Of a stretch of DNA of 64,000 bases, positions 47,560-59,278 are shown in pieces. Positions within the stretch are counted from its first letter, which is position 1. Each line of letters starts with the position of its first letter. Origin of the DNA: an uncultured Pelagibacteraceae bacterium (GTDB lineage: Bacteria > Pseudomonadota > Alphaproteobacteria > Pelagibacterales > Pelagibacteraceae); NCBI GenBank assembly GCA_902597335.1, contig CACJXK010000004.1, forward strand, positions 57,981 to 121,980, in the 5' to 3' direction. The notes beneath the pieces were generated by a model. The model saw only the letters and a list, made by a program, of their open reading frames with translations. It was not told the DNA's origin and searched no databases. The position numbers and the translations under genes are program-made.

Positions 47560-49947
47560 ATGGAAGTCAAATTAACACAACCGTTATTACCACTAAGAGA
47601 TATAGTTGTATTTCCAAGTATGGTTATTCCACTATTTGTGGGAAGAGATAAATCTATAACCGCATTAAATGAGGTTATGAAAAGTGATAAAAAAATAATT
47701 CTTGTTACACAAAAAAACTCTGAAGTTGATGATCCGAAAAAGAATGACGTTTTTTCATATGGTTGTGAAAGTAATATTTTGCAACTTTTAAAACTCCCAG
47801 ATGGTACTGTAAAAGTTTTGGTTGAAGGTATTAAAAGGGTTAAAATAGTTGATTTCACAGATGATGAAAAATTTATAACTTGTACGTATGAGCATCAAAA
47901 AGATATTTTAAATAAAGATGAGGATTTGATACCTCTAGCACTTACCGCTGTTAGAAGATTGGAAAAACTTACATCTGTAAATAAAAAAGTTTCTACTGAA
48001 ACGATTAATAATATTAAACAAATTAAAGATCCTTCTAAAATTGCCGATAATATTGTTTCTAATTTGAATGCAACAATATCTGAAAAACAACAAATATTTG
48101 AAACACTTGACGTAAAGAAAAGATTAAACGCAGCCATAAAAATGATGGAAAGTGAGACCAGTATTATTGGTGTTGAAAAAAGAATTAGAGGAAGAGTTAA
48201 AACTCAAATGGAAAAAACACAGAGAGAATATTATTTAAATGAACAACTAAAGGCTATCCAAAAAGAATTAGGTGAAATTGAAGATGGAAAAGATGAAACA
48301 ACAAATTTAAAAAAATCAATTCAAAAGGCTAAAATGCCAAAAGAAGTTGAGAAAAAATGCATGTCTGAGCTTAAGAAATTAAAAAATATGAGCCCTATGT
48401 CTGCAGAAGCCACAGTTGTAAGAAATTATTTAGATTGGATGATTGATCTTCCATGGTTTAAAAAAGACAATGTAGACATTGATTTAAATAAGGGACTTAA
48501 AATTTTAGATGAGGATCATTTTGGACTTGATAAAGTAAAAGAGAGAATTATCGAATTTCTTGCAGTTCAAAAAAGAATGGATAAAATTAAAGGACCTATA
48601 TTATGTTTAGTTGGACCCCCTGGAGTTGGCAAAACATCATTAGGAAAATCTATTGCAAAGGCAACTAATCGACAATTTATAAGAATGTCCTTAGGTGGAG
48701 TTAGGGATGAAGCTGAAATTAGAGGTCATAGAAGGACATATATAGGATCTTTGCCAGGAAAAATCATTCAAATGATGAAGAAAGCAGGTACAAAAAATCC
48801 GTTATTTTTATTAGACGAAGTTGATAAAATTGGTAATGATTATAGAGGAGACCCATCATCAGCTTTATTAGAGGCTTTAGACCCTGAACAAAATACTGCA
48901 TTTAATGATCATTATTTAGAAGTAGATTATGATTTGTCGGACGTAATGTTTGTAACTACTGCAAATACTTTAAATATATTACCACCATTACTAGATAGAA
49001 TGGAAGTAATAAGAATTCCTGGTTACACAGAGGATGAGAAAATAAATATTGCTAATAAATATTTATTACCTAAACAAGTTAAAGAAAATGGTGTTAAAGA
49101 AGGAGAGCTTGACATAGCTGATGGAACAATTAAGGAAATTATAAGAAGCTATACAAGAGAGTCTGGAGTAAGAAATTTAGAAAGAGAAATTTCAAAAGTA
49201 ACGAGAAAAGTTGTAAAAAAAGTTGTAAGTGGTGAAGTAGAAAAAGTTCAAGTAAATGATAAAAATGTTCCAGACTTTTTAGGTATTAAAAAATTTAAAT
49301 ATGGTGAAGTCGAAGATAAAAATAAAACTGGTATTGTAATTGGATTAGCTTGGACCGAAGTTGGAGGTGAAATTCTTAAAATTGAAACTGTGAACATGCC
49401 TGGAAAAGGAAGAATGCAGATTACAGGTAAACTTGGCGATGTAATGCAAGAGTCAGTCAAGGCTGCGAAATCATTTGTTAGATCTAAAAGTCTAGAGTAT
49501 GGGATTATACCTCCGTTTTTTGAAAAGAAAGATTTCCATATCCACGTTCCTGAAGGTGCCACACCTAAAGATGGACCTTCAGCTGGTATAGCTATGGTGA
49601 CCTCTATAGTATCATCAATAACAAATATTCCAGTAAATAGAGAAATTGCAATGACAGGTGAGGTAACAATAACAGGGCAAGTCTTGCAAATAGGTGGTTT
49701 AAAAGAAAAATTACTAGCAGCCCACAGAGCTGGAGTAAAAAAGGTATTAATTCCAAAAGAAAATGAAAAAGATTTAGTAGATGTTCCAAAAAAGGTTAGA
49801 GAAGATATAAAAATTATACCTGTTGAAACTGCAGACGAGGTACTAAAAATCGCCCTAACAAAAGAACTTAAACCAGTAGAGTGGACTGAGGTTGAAAAGA
49901 TCTCAGATGATAAAAAAGACGATAAATCACAAGCCAGCATTCAGTAA
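47560..49947 (+). CDS. lon: Lon protease
   Basis: PLLPLRD, GPPGVGKTS, DEAEIRGHRRTY, PKDGPSAG (catalytic Ser) and GGLKEK. Confidence 0.97.
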   Translation: MEVKLTQPLLPLRDIVVFPSMVIPLFVGRDKSITALNEVMKSDKKIILVTQKNSEVDDPKKNDVFSYGCESNILQLLKLPDGTVKVLVEGIKRVKIVDFTDDEKFITCTYEHQKDILNKDEDLIPLALTAVRRLEKLTSVNKKVSTETINNIKQIKDPSKIADNIVSNLNATISEKQQIFETLDVKKRLNAAIKMMESETSIIGVEKRIRGRVKTQMEKTQREYYLNEQLKAIQKELGEIEDGKDETTNLKKSIQKAKMPKEVEKKCMSELKKLKNMSPMSAEATVVRNYLDWMIDLPWFKKDNVDIDLNKGLKILDEDHFGLDKVKERIIEFLAVQKRMDKIKGPILCLVGPPGVGKTSLGKSIAKATNRQFIRMSLGGVRDEAEIRGHRRTYIGSLPGKIIQMMKKAGTKNPLFLLDEVDKIGNDYRGDPSSALLEALDPEQNTAFNDHYLEVDYDLSDVMFVTTANTLNILPPLLDRMEVIRIPGYTEDEKINIANKYLLPKQVKENGVKEGELDIADGTIKEIIRSYTRESGVRNLEREISKVTRKVVKKVVSGEVEKVQVNDKNVPDFLGIKKFKYGEVEDKNKTGIVIGLAWTEVGGEILKIETVNMPGKGRMQITGKLGDVMQESVKAAKSFVRSKSLEYGIIPPFFEKKDFHIHVPEGATPKDGPSAGIAMVTSIVSSITNIPVNREIAMTGEVTITGQVLQIGGLKEKLLAAHRAGVKKVLIPKENEKDLVDVPKKVREDIKIIPVETADEVLKIALTKELKPVEWTEVEKISDDKKDDKSQASIQ

Positions 49948-49995
49948 TAAACAATTTACTTTATTAATTTGTTGATGTATGAGTACCATGATTTT

Positions 49996-50071
49996 GGGTG
50001 GTTAGCTCAGTTGGTAGAGCATCTCGTTTACACCGAGGGGGTCAAAGGTTCGAGTCCTTTACTACCCACCA
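49996..50071 (+). tRNA. tRNA-Val(TAC)
   Basis: GGGTGGT/ACTACCC acceptor, TAGCTCAGTTGG, anticodon TAC, GGTTCGAGTCC, CCA. Confidence 0.96.
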
Positions 50072-50081
50072 TTACACCTGT

Positions 50082-50158
50082 GGGGGTGTAGCTCAGTTGG
50101 TTAGAGCACCTGCCTGTCACGCAGGGGGCCGAGGGTTCGAGTCCCTTCACTCCCGCCA
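50082..50158 (+). tRNA. tRNA-Asp(GTC)
   Basis: GGGGGTG/CACTCCC acceptor, anticodon GTC, GGTTCGAGTCC, CCA. Confidence 0.96.
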
Positions 50159-50237
50159 TAACTTAAGTAAAATTAGGCTTAAAAATGTGACATATCTCCA
50201 CTTTTAGTTGATATAATAGTTGTTACATAGGAATCAA

Positions 50238-50606
50238 ATGCTTGCGGAATTTTTAAAAGATTATCTACCGATAATATTATTTTTGATAATAGCTTTAGGC
50301 TTAAGTTTTGCTTTTGTCGCATTAAATTATATTGCGGCTCCAAAAAAACCAGACCCAGAAAAGCTCTCAGCATATGAATGTGGATTTGAACCCTTTAATG
50401 ATTCTCGTATGGAATTTGATGTGAGATTTTATTTGGTTGCAATTTTATTTATAATATTTGACTTAGAAATTGCATTTTTATTCCCCTGGGCAATTTCACT
50501 TGGGCAAATAGGTTTATACGGTTTCTGTTCTATGATGCTGTTTTTATTTATTTTAACTGTTGGGTTTATTTATGAGTGGAAAAAAGGAGCCTTAGATTGG
50601 GAATAA
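50238..50606 (+). CDS. nuoA: NADH-quinone oxidoreductase subunit A
   Basis: ATG 50238 after [14 protein letters not shown] and [14 protein letters not shown]. Confidence 0.96.
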   Translation: MLAEFLKDYLPIILFLIIALGLSFAFVALNYIAAPKKPDPEKLSAYECGFEPFNDSRMEFDVRFYLVAILFIIFDLEIAFLFPWAISLGQIGLYGFCSMMLFLFILTVGFIYEWKKGALDWE

Positions 50607-50607
50607 A

Positions 50608-51129
50608 ATGAATTTAGAAGATAGAAAAAAAGATATCCCTGAAGAGTTTAAACAATTAGCACAAGATTTTAGTGATAATGGTTTTATAACAACATCATTA
50701 GATAACCTTGTTAATTGGGCAAGAACTGGTTCATTGCATTGGATGACATTTGGATTAGCATGTTGTGCTGTTGAAATGATGCAAACATCAATGCCTAGGT
50801 ATGATCTTGAAAGATTTGGCGCGGCACCAAGAGCATCGCCTCGACAATCAGATGTAATGATAGTTGCTGGGACTTTAACAAATAAAATGGCTCCAGCACT
50901 AAGAAAAGTTTATGATCAGATGCCTGAACCTAGATATGTGATATCTATGGGAAGTTGTGCTAATGGTGGAGGCTACTATCACTATTCATATTCTGTAGTT
51001 AGAGGGTGTGATCGCGTAGTGCCAGTTGATGTATATGTTCCTGGGTGTCCCCCTTCAGCAGAAGCATTGCTCTACGGAATTTTACAATTACAGAAAAAAA
51101 TTAGAAACAAAGGTTCTTTAGAAAGATAA
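50608..51129 (+). CDS. nuoB: NADH-quinone oxidoreductase subunit B
   Basis: [14 protein letters not shown] and VPGCPP. Confidence 0.97.
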   Translation: MNLEDRKKDIPEEFKQLAQDFSDNGFITTSLDNLVNWARTGSLHWMTFGLACCAVEMMQTSMPRYDLERFGAAPRASPRQSDVMIVAGTLTNKMAPALRKVYDQMPEPRYVISMGSCANGGGYYHYSYSVVRGCDRVVPVDVYVPGCPPSAEALLYGILQLQKKIRNKGSLER

Positions 51130-51132
51130 AAA

Positions 51133-51729
51133 ATGAAAAATCTTGAGGACTTGGAAAAGTTTATAAACTCTGAATTAACATCTAAAATAAATTATTCATT
51201 TATAAAACATGATAATATTTATCTAAACATTGATCATGACGAGTTGATTGATGTTATTTCTTTTCTAAAGACCAACAAGGAGACTAAATTTAGGCAATTA
51301 ATTGAAATTACAGCTGTGGATTATCCTGAGAGCGAATATAGATTTAAGATGGTGTATCTGCTTTTAAGCCATGAACATAATAAAAGAGTCATTATTGATT
51401 ATTCAATAAAAGAAAACGATATAATCTCGTCAATTACTTCATTATTTCCCTCAGCAAATTGGATGGAGCGAGAGGTATTTGATATGTATGGTTTAAACTT
51501 TAAAAATCATCCTGATTTAAGGAGAATTTTAACTGACTATGGCTTTGAAGGACACCCTTTAAGAAAAGATTTTCCTCTCACAGGACATAATGAGGTTCGA
51601 TATAGTGAGGAAGAAAAAAAAGTTATCTATGAACCTGTAAAACTAGAGCAAAATTATAGAAACTTTGATTATGAGAGTCCTTGGGAAGGAACAAAATACA
51701 TAAAAGAAATTAAAAAAAGTGATGGCTAA
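51133..51729 (+). CDS. nuoC: NADH-quinone oxidoreductase subunit C
   Basis: [20 protein letters not shown] and HPLRKDFP. Confidence 0.96.
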   Translation: MKNLEDLEKFINSELTSKINYSFIKHDNIYLNIDHDELIDVISFLKTNKETKFRQLIEITAVDYPESEYRFKMVYLLLSHEHNKRVIIDYSIKENDIISSITSLFPSANWMEREVFDMYGLNFKNHPDLRRILTDYGFEGHPLRKDFPLTGHNEVRYSEEEKKVIYEPVKLEQNYRNFDYESPWEGTKYIKEIKKSDG

Positions 51730-52897
51730 AGAGAAAAAAACATTAAACTTAAACTTTGGACCACAACATCCAGCGGCTCATGGAGTCTTAAGATTAATAC
51801 TGCAATTAGATGGAGAAGTTGTTGAAAAAGCTGATCCACATATAGGCTTGTTACACAGAGGAACTGAAAAGTTAATTGAAAATAAAACTTACACTCAAGC
51901 TGTTCCATATTTTGATCGTCTTGATTATGTTGCTCCAATGAACCAGGAGCATGCATTCGCATTAGCTATAGAAAAAATTCTCAAAATTGAAGTTCCTGCT
52001 CGAGCTAAATATATAAGAGTAATTTTCTGTGAAATTGGGCGAATATTAAGTCACATATTAAATGTAACTACTCAAGCAATGGATGTTGGGGCATTAACAC
52101 CAACATTGTGGGGATTTGAGGAAAGGGAAAAATTAATGGGATTTTATGAGAGAGTTTCTGGATCTAGGTTGCATGCCAATTATTTTAGAGCTGGTGGAGT
52201 GCACAAAGATCTTCCTTCTGGGCTTGATAATGATATTGATGAATTTTGTGATAAATTTCCAAAAATCATCGATGATTTAGAAACTTTACTTACTGACAAT
52301 AGAATATTTAAACAGAGAAATGTGGATATAGGAATAGTATCAAAGCAAGATGCTCTAGATTATTCTTTCTCTGGAGTAATGTTAAGAGGTTCAGGAGTTG
52401 CATGGGATTTAAGAAGAAGTCAACCTTATGATTGTTATAATGATTTACAATTTAAAATTCCTGTTGGAAAAAATGGAGATTGTTATGACAGATATCTTTG
52501 TAGAATTGAAGAAATGAGAGAAAGTGTAAAAATCATCAAACAATGTTTGCAGAATTTACCAAAAGGCCCAATTAAGACGAATGATGGAAAAATTTCTCCA
52601 CCACCTAAGAAAGATATTAAAGAGTCTATGGAGGCTTTAATACATCATTTTAAATTATTCACAGAGGGATATAGAGTAGAAAAAGATGAAATATATATGG
52701 CAGTAGAGGCACCAAAAGGTGAATTTGGAGTTTATTTAATATCAGATGGGTCAAGCAAACCTTATAAATGTAAGATTAGAGCTCCTGGATTTACACATCT
52801 TCAAGCAATGGATTATTTAATTAAAGGTCATATGCTAGCTGATGTACCTGCTGTTTTAGGATCAATGGATATTGTTTTTGGTGAGGTTGATAGATGA
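51722..52897 (+). CDS. nuoD: NADH-quinone oxidoreductase subunit D
   Basis: [19 protein letters not shown] and DIVFGEVDR. Confidence 0.97.
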   Translation: MAKEKKTLNLNFGPQHPAAHGVLRLILQLDGEVVEKADPHIGLLHRGTEKLIENKTYTQAVPYFDRLDYVAPMNQEHAFALAIEKILKIEVPARAKYIRVIFCEIGRILSHILNVTTQAMDVGALTPTLWGFEEREKLMGFYERVSGSRLHANYFRAGGVHKDLPSGLDNDIDEFCDKFPKIIDDLETLLTDNRIFKQRNVDIGIVSKQDALDYSFSGVMLRGSGVAWDLRRSQPYDCYNDLQFKIPVGKNGDCYDRYLCRIEEMRESVKIIKQCLQNLPKGPIKTNDGKISPPPKKDIKESMEALIHHFKLFTEGYRVEKDEIYMAVEAPKGEFGVYLISDGSSKPYKCKIRAPGFTHLQAMDYLIKGHMLADVPAVLGSMDIVFGEVDR

Positions 52898-53502
52898 GTA
52901 TAAAAAAAATTCACAAAGACCAACCTGAAACTTTTGAGTTTAATGAAAAAAGTATGGAAGCTGCAAATAAAATAGTTTCAAATTATCCAGACGGAAGACA
53001 ACAAAGTGCAGTAATGGCTTTGTTGTATATTGCTCAAAGACAACATGATAATTGGATACCATTAAAAGCAATTAAATACATAGCTAAGTTTTTAGACATG
53101 CCATACATAAAAGTTTATGAAGTAGCAACTTTTTATTCAATGTATAATTTATCTCCTGTTGGTAAATATTTTTTTCAAGTTTGTACCACTACGCCTTGTA
53201 TGCTTCGAGGTGCTTATGATCTAGTTAAAGTTTGTAAAAAAAAGATATCTGAAAAAGAAAATGAATTATCTGAAGATGGAAAAATTTCTTGGATGGAAGT
53301 AGAGTGCCTTGGTGCATGTGTTAATGCTCCAATGATGCAAGTTAATGAAGATTATTATGAAGATTTAAATGATAAAAAACTTGAAGAAATAATTGATACG
53401 ATATATCAAAACAAAATACCTAAACCAGGATCTTATACAGGACGAATTAATGCGGAACCAGTTGATAATCGTAAAACTTTATTAGGAAACAAAAATGCTT
53501 AA
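52894..53502 (+). CDS. nuoE: NADH-quinone oxidoreductase subunit E
   Basis: [15 protein letters not shown] and [10 protein letters not shown]. Confidence 0.96.
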   Translation: MSIKKIHKDQPETFEFNEKSMEAANKIVSNYPDGRQQSAVMALLYIAQRQHDNWIPLKAIKYIAKFLDMPYIKVYEVATFYSMYNLSPVGKYFFQVCTTTPCMLRGAYDLVKVCKKKISEKENELSEDGKISWMEVECLGACVNAPMMQVNEDYYEDLNDKKLEEIIDTIYQNKIPKPGSYTGRINAEPVDNRKTLLGNKNA

Positions 53503-54826
53503 AGATAAAGATAGAATATTCCAAAATTTATATAATGATAGTGGTGCAGATTTAGAGTCTGCTAAATTAAGAAATGATTGGAGTGGAACAAAAGATATTT
53601 TAGAAAAAGGGCGAGAATGGATAATTAATGAGGTTAAAGGCTCTGAACTCAGAGGCAGAGGTGGAGCTGGTTTTCCTACTGGTCTAAAATGGTCTTTTGC
53701 ACCAAAAGAAATTGGATCTAGACCTCATTATTTAGTTATTAATGCAGACGAGTCAGAACCTGGCACATGCAAAGATAGAGATATATTAAGATTTGAACCT
53801 CACAAATTAATAGAAGGATGTTTAATAGCTTCTTATGCAGTTAATGCTCACAAATGTTATATTTATATAAGAGGTGAATATTTTAATGAAGGTCAAAAAC
53901 TTCAGACTGCTATAGATGAGGCTTATAAAAATAAGTTAATTGGTGAAAATGCATTAGATTCAGGATGGGATTTAGATATCTACATTCATTATGGAGCTGG
54001 CGCTTACATTTGTGGTGAAGAAACTGCATTACTTGAGAGTTTAGAAGGCAAAAAGGGACAGCCAAGATTAAAGCCACCATTTCCTGCATTAATTGGACTT
54101 TATGGATGTCCAACGATCATAAATAATGTTGAAACCGTTGCGGCTGTGCCTACTATTTTAAAAAGAGGAGCAAAATGGTTTAGCTCACTTGGAAGACCAA
54201 AAAACACTGGAACAAAAATATATTGTATTTCTGGAAATGTAAATAACCCATGTAATGTGGAAGAGGAAATGGGAATTCCACTTAAAGAATTAATCGAAAC
54301 TCATGCTGGAGGTGTTGTTGGTGGGTGGGATAATCTTAAAGCTGTAATACCTGGTGGATCTTCTATGCCAATGTTACCTAAGGAAATTTGTGACAATATT
54401 AAAATGGATTTTGATGCATGTGTTGAGAATAAAACAGGTCTTGGAACTGCTGGAATTGTTGTAATCAATAATGATCAAGATATCATTAAGTGTATGGCAA
54501 GAATAGCCAGATTTTATAAACATGAAAGCTGTGGTCAGTGCACACCTTGCAGGGAAGGATCTGGCTGGATGTGGAGAATGTTAGAAAGAATGGCAGCAGG
54601 TGAAGCAACCCCTGATGAGGTTGACATGCTTTTTGATGTAACCAAACAAATAGAAGGTCATACAATTTGTGCTTTTGGAGAAGGATCTTCTTGGCCAGTT
54701 CAAGGTTTGATAAGACATTTTAAAGATGAAATATTAGAAAGAAATAAATTTGATCCTGTTGTGAAAAAACAAAAAAACATTCCTTACTTAGTAGATCAAC
54801 ATCTATTAGAAAAAGAAAATGCCTAA
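53495..54826 (+). CDS. nuoF: NADH-quinone oxidoreductase subunit F
   Basis: [32 protein letters not shown] and ESCGQCTPC. Confidence 0.97.
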   Translation: MLKDKDRIFQNLYNDSGADLESAKLRNDWSGTKDILEKGREWIINEVKGSELRGRGGAGFPTGLKWSFAPKEIGSRPHYLVINADESEPGTCKDRDILRFEPHKLIEGCLIASYAVNAHKCYIYIRGEYFNEGQKLQTAIDEAYKNKLIGENALDSGWDLDIYIHYGAGAYICGEETALLESLEGKKGQPRLKPPFPALIGLYGCPTIINNVETVAAVPTILKRGAKWFSSLGRPKNTGTKIYCISGNVNNPCNVEEEMGIPLKELIETHAGGVVGGWDNLKAVIPGGSSMPMLPKEICDNIKMDFDACVENKTGLGTAGIVVINNDQDIIKCMARIARFYKHESCGQCTPCREGSGWMWRMLERMAAGEATPDEVDMLFDVTKQIEGHTICAFGEGSSWPVQGLIRHFKDEILERNKFDPVVKKQKNIPYLVDQHLLEKENA

Positions 54827-56846
54827 ATTAAAAGTAAATGATATTGATATTGAAGTTGAAGATGGCCTAACGGTACTCCAAGCATGTGAACAAGCTGGAG
54901 CTGAAATACCAAGATTTTGTTATCATGAAAAACTTTCCATAGCTGGAAACTGTCGTATGTGTTTGGTTGAAATGGAAAAATCACCTAAGCCTATAGCTTC
55001 ATGCGCAATGCCTGCAACTGAAGGAATGGTTATCAAAACAAATACAGAAAAAGTTGAAAAAGCAAGAAAAGGTGTAATGGAGTTTTTACTGGCTAACCAC
55101 CCACTAGATTGTCCTGTTTGTGATCAAGGAGGGGAGTGTGATTTACAAGATCAATCTATGTTTTATGGAATTGATAAATCAAGATTTAAAGAGAATAAAA
55201 GATATGTGCCTGAAAAATACATGGGTCCTTTAATAAAAACGCAAATGACCAGATGTATTCATTGTACAAGATGTATTAGATTTGCTACTGAAGTAGCAGG
55301 AGTACCAGAGTTAGGTGCGATCGGACGTGGAGAAAATATGGAAATTACTACATATTTAGAGAAATCCATGGAGTCTGAAATGTCAGCTAATGTAATTGAT
55401 TTATGTCCAGTTGGTGCATTAACTTCTAAACCTTATGTGTTCGAGGCAAGACCTTGGGAGCTTAAAAAAACTGAAACAATTGATGTTATGGATGCTGTTG
55501 GGTCCAATATTAGAGTAGATACTTACGATTGGGAAGTAAAAAGGGTTTTACCAAGAATTAATGAGGAAATTAATGAAGAGTGGATTTCTGATAAAACAAG
55601 ATATGCATGTGATGGTTTAAAAAATCAAAGATTAGACACACCATTTATAAAAAATAATGGAAACTTTGAAGAAATAAGTTGGCAAGATGCATACAAAAAA
55701 ATTAAAGAAAAAATTTCAATAACATCGCCAGACAAAATAGTTGGTTTAACTGGTGACATGACAAACATGGAAACTATGTTTGCTGTTAAAAACTTATTTC
55801 AAAAAACATTAAATTCAAGTTTTTTGGATTCTAGAACTAAACATACTTACATAAATTTTGAAAACAGAAGTAATTATTTATTTAACTCTGGCATAGAAGG
55901 GATTGAAGAAAGTGATCTTATATTACTAATAGGCACAAACCCAAGATTTGAGGCAACTATATTAAACTCAAGAATAAGAAAAACTTATTTAAAAAATAAA
56001 ACTGAAATATTTTCTTTAGAGGATGTGGGTGATTTAACTTATCCTTATAAAGTTTTAGAAAATAATTCAAAAGTAATTGATAAAATAATCAAAAATGAAC
56101 ACAATATTTCAAACAAAATTGCCAGTGCAGAAAAACCTATAATTATCATAGGTCAATCAATATTAAATAGTAACAACGGTGCATATATATTTGAAGAGCT
56201 AAAAAGGTATTTAACTAGTATTAATAAAATTGATGATAATTGGAATGCACTAAATATTATATCAACTGATGCATCAGCTGTTGGTTCTTATGATTTAGGA
56301 ATTTTTTCCTCAAATGATGGAAGTAACAAAACTCTTAAAAAAATCAATGATAGTGAAGCAGAAATAATATTTTTGTTAGGCCAAGATAACCTCAAAATTA
56401 AAAAAAGTAATGAATTTATAATTTATATTGGAAGTCATGGCGATAATGGTGCAGATATGGCAGATCTTATATTGCCTGGTGCAGCATATACTGAACAAGA
56501 TGGTTATTTCACTAACTTAGAAGGAAAGCTTCAAAAAGCATATAAAGCTTCATATCCACCAGGAGAAGCTAAAGAAGATTGGCAAATAATTAATGAATTA
56601 TCTTCTACTATCCTTGGAAATCCTCTATTTAACAATAAAGATGAACTACTAAAATCTATGCAAAACCATTTAAATAATCAAAATATTAAAAATTTTGAAG
56701 TTCCTACATATAATTTGAATGATGAAAAAATATTAGTTGAAGATATTGATTATTACTATTCTAATGCGATTGCCCGTGCATCTAAAACAATGTCAGAGTG
56801 TAGATACGCAAGAACTAATTTGAAAAAAACTGGAACCGAGGGTTAA
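54819..56846 (+). CDS. nuoG: NADH-quinone oxidoreductase subunit G
   Basis: PRFCYH...[21 protein letters not shown] and CIHCTRC. Confidence 0.97.
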   Translation: MPKLKVNDIDIEVEDGLTVLQACEQAGAEIPRFCYHEKLSIAGNCRMCLVEMEKSPKPIASCAMPATEGMVIKTNTEKVEKARKGVMEFLLANHPLDCPVCDQGGECDLQDQSMFYGIDKSRFKENKRYVPEKYMGPLIKTQMTRCIHCTRCIRFATEVAGVPELGAIGRGENMEITTYLEKSMESEMSANVIDLCPVGALTSKPYVFEARPWELKKTETIDVMDAVGSNIRVDTYDWEVKRVLPRINEEINEEWISDKTRYACDGLKNQRLDTPFIKNNGNFEEISWQDAYKKIKEKISITSPDKIVGLTGDMTNMETMFAVKNLFQKTLNSSFLDSRTKHTYINFENRSNYLFNSGIEGIEESDLILLIGTNPRFEATILNSRIRKTYLKNKTEIFSLEDVGDLTYPYKVLENNSKVIDKIIKNEHNISNKIASAEKPIIIIGQSILNSNNGAYIFEELKRYLTSINKIDDNWNALNIISTDASAVGSYDLGIFSSNDGSNKTLKKINDSEAEIIFLLGQDNLKIKKSNEFIIYIGSHGDNGADMADLILPGAAYTEQDGYFTNLEGKLQKAYKASYPPGEAKEDWQIINELSSTILGNPLFNNKDELLKSMQNHLNNQNIKNFEVPTYNLNDEKILVEDIDYYYSNAIARASKTMSECRYARTNLKKTGTEG

Positions 56847-57847
56847 TGGACTCTTATTTTTCAATATTATTTACTGAGGTTTATAAAATTTTATTTTTAT
56901 TAGTGCCTGTTTTAGTCTCTGTAGCAATGATAGTTTGGCTTGATAGAAGAGTCTGGGCCTTTGTACAAAAACGAAGAGGACCCAATGTTGTTGGTCCATT
57001 CGGTTTATTCCAATCTTTAGCTGATGCATTAAAATATATCTTTAAAGAGATAATAATACCTGCAAGCTCAAATAAACTTGTATTTGTATTAGCTCCAGTC
57101 GTGACTATGACATTAGCATTAATATCATGGGCTGTAATACCATTTAGCGAAGATTTTGTTCTAGCTGATATCAATGTTGGTATTTTATATCTTTTCGCAG
57201 TTTCATCATTAGGTGTATATGGAATAATTATGGGAGGATGGGCCTCCAATTCTAAATACCCTTTTTTAGGTGCAATCAGATCTGCTGCACAAATGGTATC
57301 ATACGAAGTTTCAATAGGAGTTATAATTATCAACGTTCTATTATGTGTTGGTTCTTTAAACTTAAGCGATATTGTTTTAGCACAACAAAATTTATGGTTT
57401 GTAATTCCTTTATTTCCTATGTTTGTAATTTTTTTTATTTCTGCACTAGCGGAAACAAATCGTCCTCCGTTTGATTTACCAGAGGCAGAAGCTGAATTAG
57501 TTGCTGGATATCAAACTGAATATTCAGGAATGATGTATGCTATGTTCTGGTTAGGAGAGTATGCAAATATTTTGTTAATGTGTGCAATGGGAGCAGTTTT
57601 ATTTTTGGGTGGCTGGTTATCTCCAATAGACATCTTCCCATTTAATGCTATTCCAGGTCCATTTTGGTTAATCTTTAAAATATTATTTTTATTTATTTTG
57701 TTTGCGTTAGTTAAAGCAACTGTTCCAAGATACAGATATGACCAATTAATGAAGCTTGGTTGGAAGATATTTCTCCCATTTTCACTGTTTTATGTTGTTT
57801 TAACTTCAAGTTTTTTACTATATTTTGATTTATTACCGGGAAAATAA
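56846..57847 (+). CDS. nuoH: NADH-quinone oxidoreductase subunit H
   Basis: [31 protein letters not shown] and RYRYDQL. Confidence 0.97.
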   Translation: MDSYFSILFTEVYKILFLLVPVLVSVAMIVWLDRRVWAFVQKRRGPNVVGPFGLFQSLADALKYIFKEIIIPASSNKLVFVLAPVVTMTLALISWAVIPFSEDFVLADINVGILYLFAVSSLGVYGIIMGGWASNSKYPFLGAIRSAAQMVSYEVSIGVIIINVLLCVGSLNLSDIVLAQQNLWFVIPLFPMFVIFFISALAETNRPPFDLPEAEAELVAGYQTEYSGMMYAMFWLGEYANILLMCAMGAVLFLGGWLSPIDIFPFNAIPGPFWLIFKILFLFILFALVKATVPRYRYDQLMKLGWKIFLPFSLFYVVLTSSFLLYFDLLPGK

Positions 57848-58333
57848 ATGAAAATTTCACGATTATTAAAAACTATATTCATGATAGATTTTGTGACTGG
57901 TTTATTAATTGCAATAAAAGAGACTTTTAAGGCAAAAAAGACAATCAATTATCCTTTTGAAAAGGGGTCTTTAGGAACGAGGTCTAGGGGGGAGCACGCT
58001 CTCAGAAGATATCCTAATGGGGAAGAAAGATGCATCGCATGTAAACTTTGTGAAGCAGTATGCCCAGCCCAGGCTATCACAATTGAGTCAAAGGAAAGAG
58101 ATGATGGAAGTAGAAAAACTGTAAGATACGATATTGATATGCTCAAATGTATTTATTGTGGTCTTTGTGAAGAATCTTGTCCTGTAGATGCAATTGTCCA
58201 AGGTCCTAATTTTGAATTTGCAACAGAAACTAGAGAAGAACTTTATTATACAAAAGAAAAACTTTTGGAGAATGGGGACAGATGGGAAAATATTTTAGCT
58301 GCCAATATTAAGGCTGATAGCTCTCACAGATAA
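57848..58333 (+). CDS. nuoI: NADH-quinone oxidoreductase subunit I
   Basis: [12 protein letters not shown] and [12 protein letters not shown]. Confidence 0.97.
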   Translation: MKISRLLKTIFMIDFVTGLLIAIKETFKAKKTINYPFEKGSLGTRSRGEHALRRYPNGEERCIACKLCEAVCPAQAITIESKERDDGSRKTVRYDIDMLKCIYCGLCEESCPVDAIVQGPNFEFATETREELYYTKEKLLENGDRWENILAANIKADSSHR

Positions 58334-58337
58334 TCTT

Positions 58338-58973
58338 ATGATTGCACACTCAGTTTTCTTTTATATTTTTTCTTTAATAGCTATTGTTTCAGCAGTCATG
58401 GTAACAGTTTCAAAAAATACAGTTCACTCAGTATTTTTTTTAATACTAGATTTCATTAGCATATCCTGTTTGTTTATTATGGTAGGTGCAGAATTTTTAG
58501 GCATGATAATGCTTATAGTTTATGTTGGAGCGGTTGCAGTTTTATTTTTATTTGTTGTAATGATGTTAAACGTAGCTGAGCAAAAAGGTCAGTGGTTTAG
58601 TTCAAGATGGGATGGTGGAACACATATCCCAGTTGGTTTGTTAGTAAGTTTAATTATTTTTTTTGAACTTATTATTGTAATTGGAGGGTGGAAATACAAA
58701 CCTGATTTATTAAATAGTCTATCTCTTAACATATCTACTGAAGTCACTAATACCAGGTCTATTGGAAATGTTTTGTATACGGATTATATACTCCTATTTC
58801 AAATTTCAGGAATGATACTGTTAGTTGCTATGATTGGAGCAATTGTTTTAACTTACAGAGAGAGAGCTGGAGTTAAAAGACAAAGTTATGTCAAACAAAT
58901 TTCTAGAGAAAGAGACGAAGGTGTAGATTTAGTTGAAGCTGAGAGAAATAAAGGAGTCAAAATAGATGCTTAG
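58338..58973 (+). CDS. nuoJ: NADH-quinone oxidoreductase subunit J
   Basis: [17 protein letters not shown]. Operon position. Confidence 0.95.
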   Translation: MIAHSVFFYIFSLIAIVSAVMVTVSKNTVHSVFFLILDFISISCLFIMVGAEFLGMIMLIVYVGAVAVLFLFVVMMLNVAEQKGQWFSSRWDGGTHIPVGLLVSLIIFFELIIVIGGWKYKPDLLNSLSLNISTEVTNTRSIGNVLYTDYILLFQISGMILLVAMIGAIVLTYRERAGVKRQSYVKQISRERDEGVDLVEAERNKGVKIDA

Positions 58974-59277
58974 CATAGGTTTAGGACATTATTTAACATT
59001 AGCTGCAATAATATTTACCGTAGGTGTTGTTGGAATTTTTCTTAATAGAAAAAATGTAATAGTTATTTTAATGAGTATCGAACTAATATTACTTGCAGTT
59101 AATATAAACCTTGTTGCATTTTCTATATTTATTGATGATTTAAGTGGACAAATATTTACACTATTTATTTTAACAGTTGCTGCCGCTGAAGCAGCTATTG
59201 GGTTAGCCATAATTGTAGTTTATTTTAGAAATTCAGACACGATAAGAGTTGAAGAAATTAAAAATTTAAAAGGATAA
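58966..59277 (+). CDS. nuoK: NADH-quinone oxidoreductase subunit K
   Basis: MSIELIL.AVN and [12 protein letters not shown]. Confidence 0.96.
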   Translation: MLSIGLGHYLTLAAIIFTVGVVGIFLNRKNVIVILMSIELILLAVNINLVAFSIFIDDLSGQIFTLFILTVAAAEAAIGLAIIVVYFRNSDTIRVEEIKNLKG

Positions 59278-59278
59278 A

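Noticed and set aside
49248-49940. 230-aa antisense ORF, plus similar antisense or alternate-frame ORFs inside tldD, the TIM-barrel gene, dhaL, BVMO, mmsB, tig and nuoH
   Set aside because: They lie inside well-supported genes and have no motifs or RBS. Such shadows are expected from codon bias.
50182-50205. AAAATGTGA-N7-CCACTTTT, CRP-like site before nuoA
   Set aside because: The right half-site and spacing do not match TGTGA-N6-TCACA. It is a weak palindrome in AT-rich DNA.
49998-50207. 69-aa ORF in the track
   Set aside because: It reads through tRNA-Val and tRNA-Asp and is a tRNA shadow ORF.
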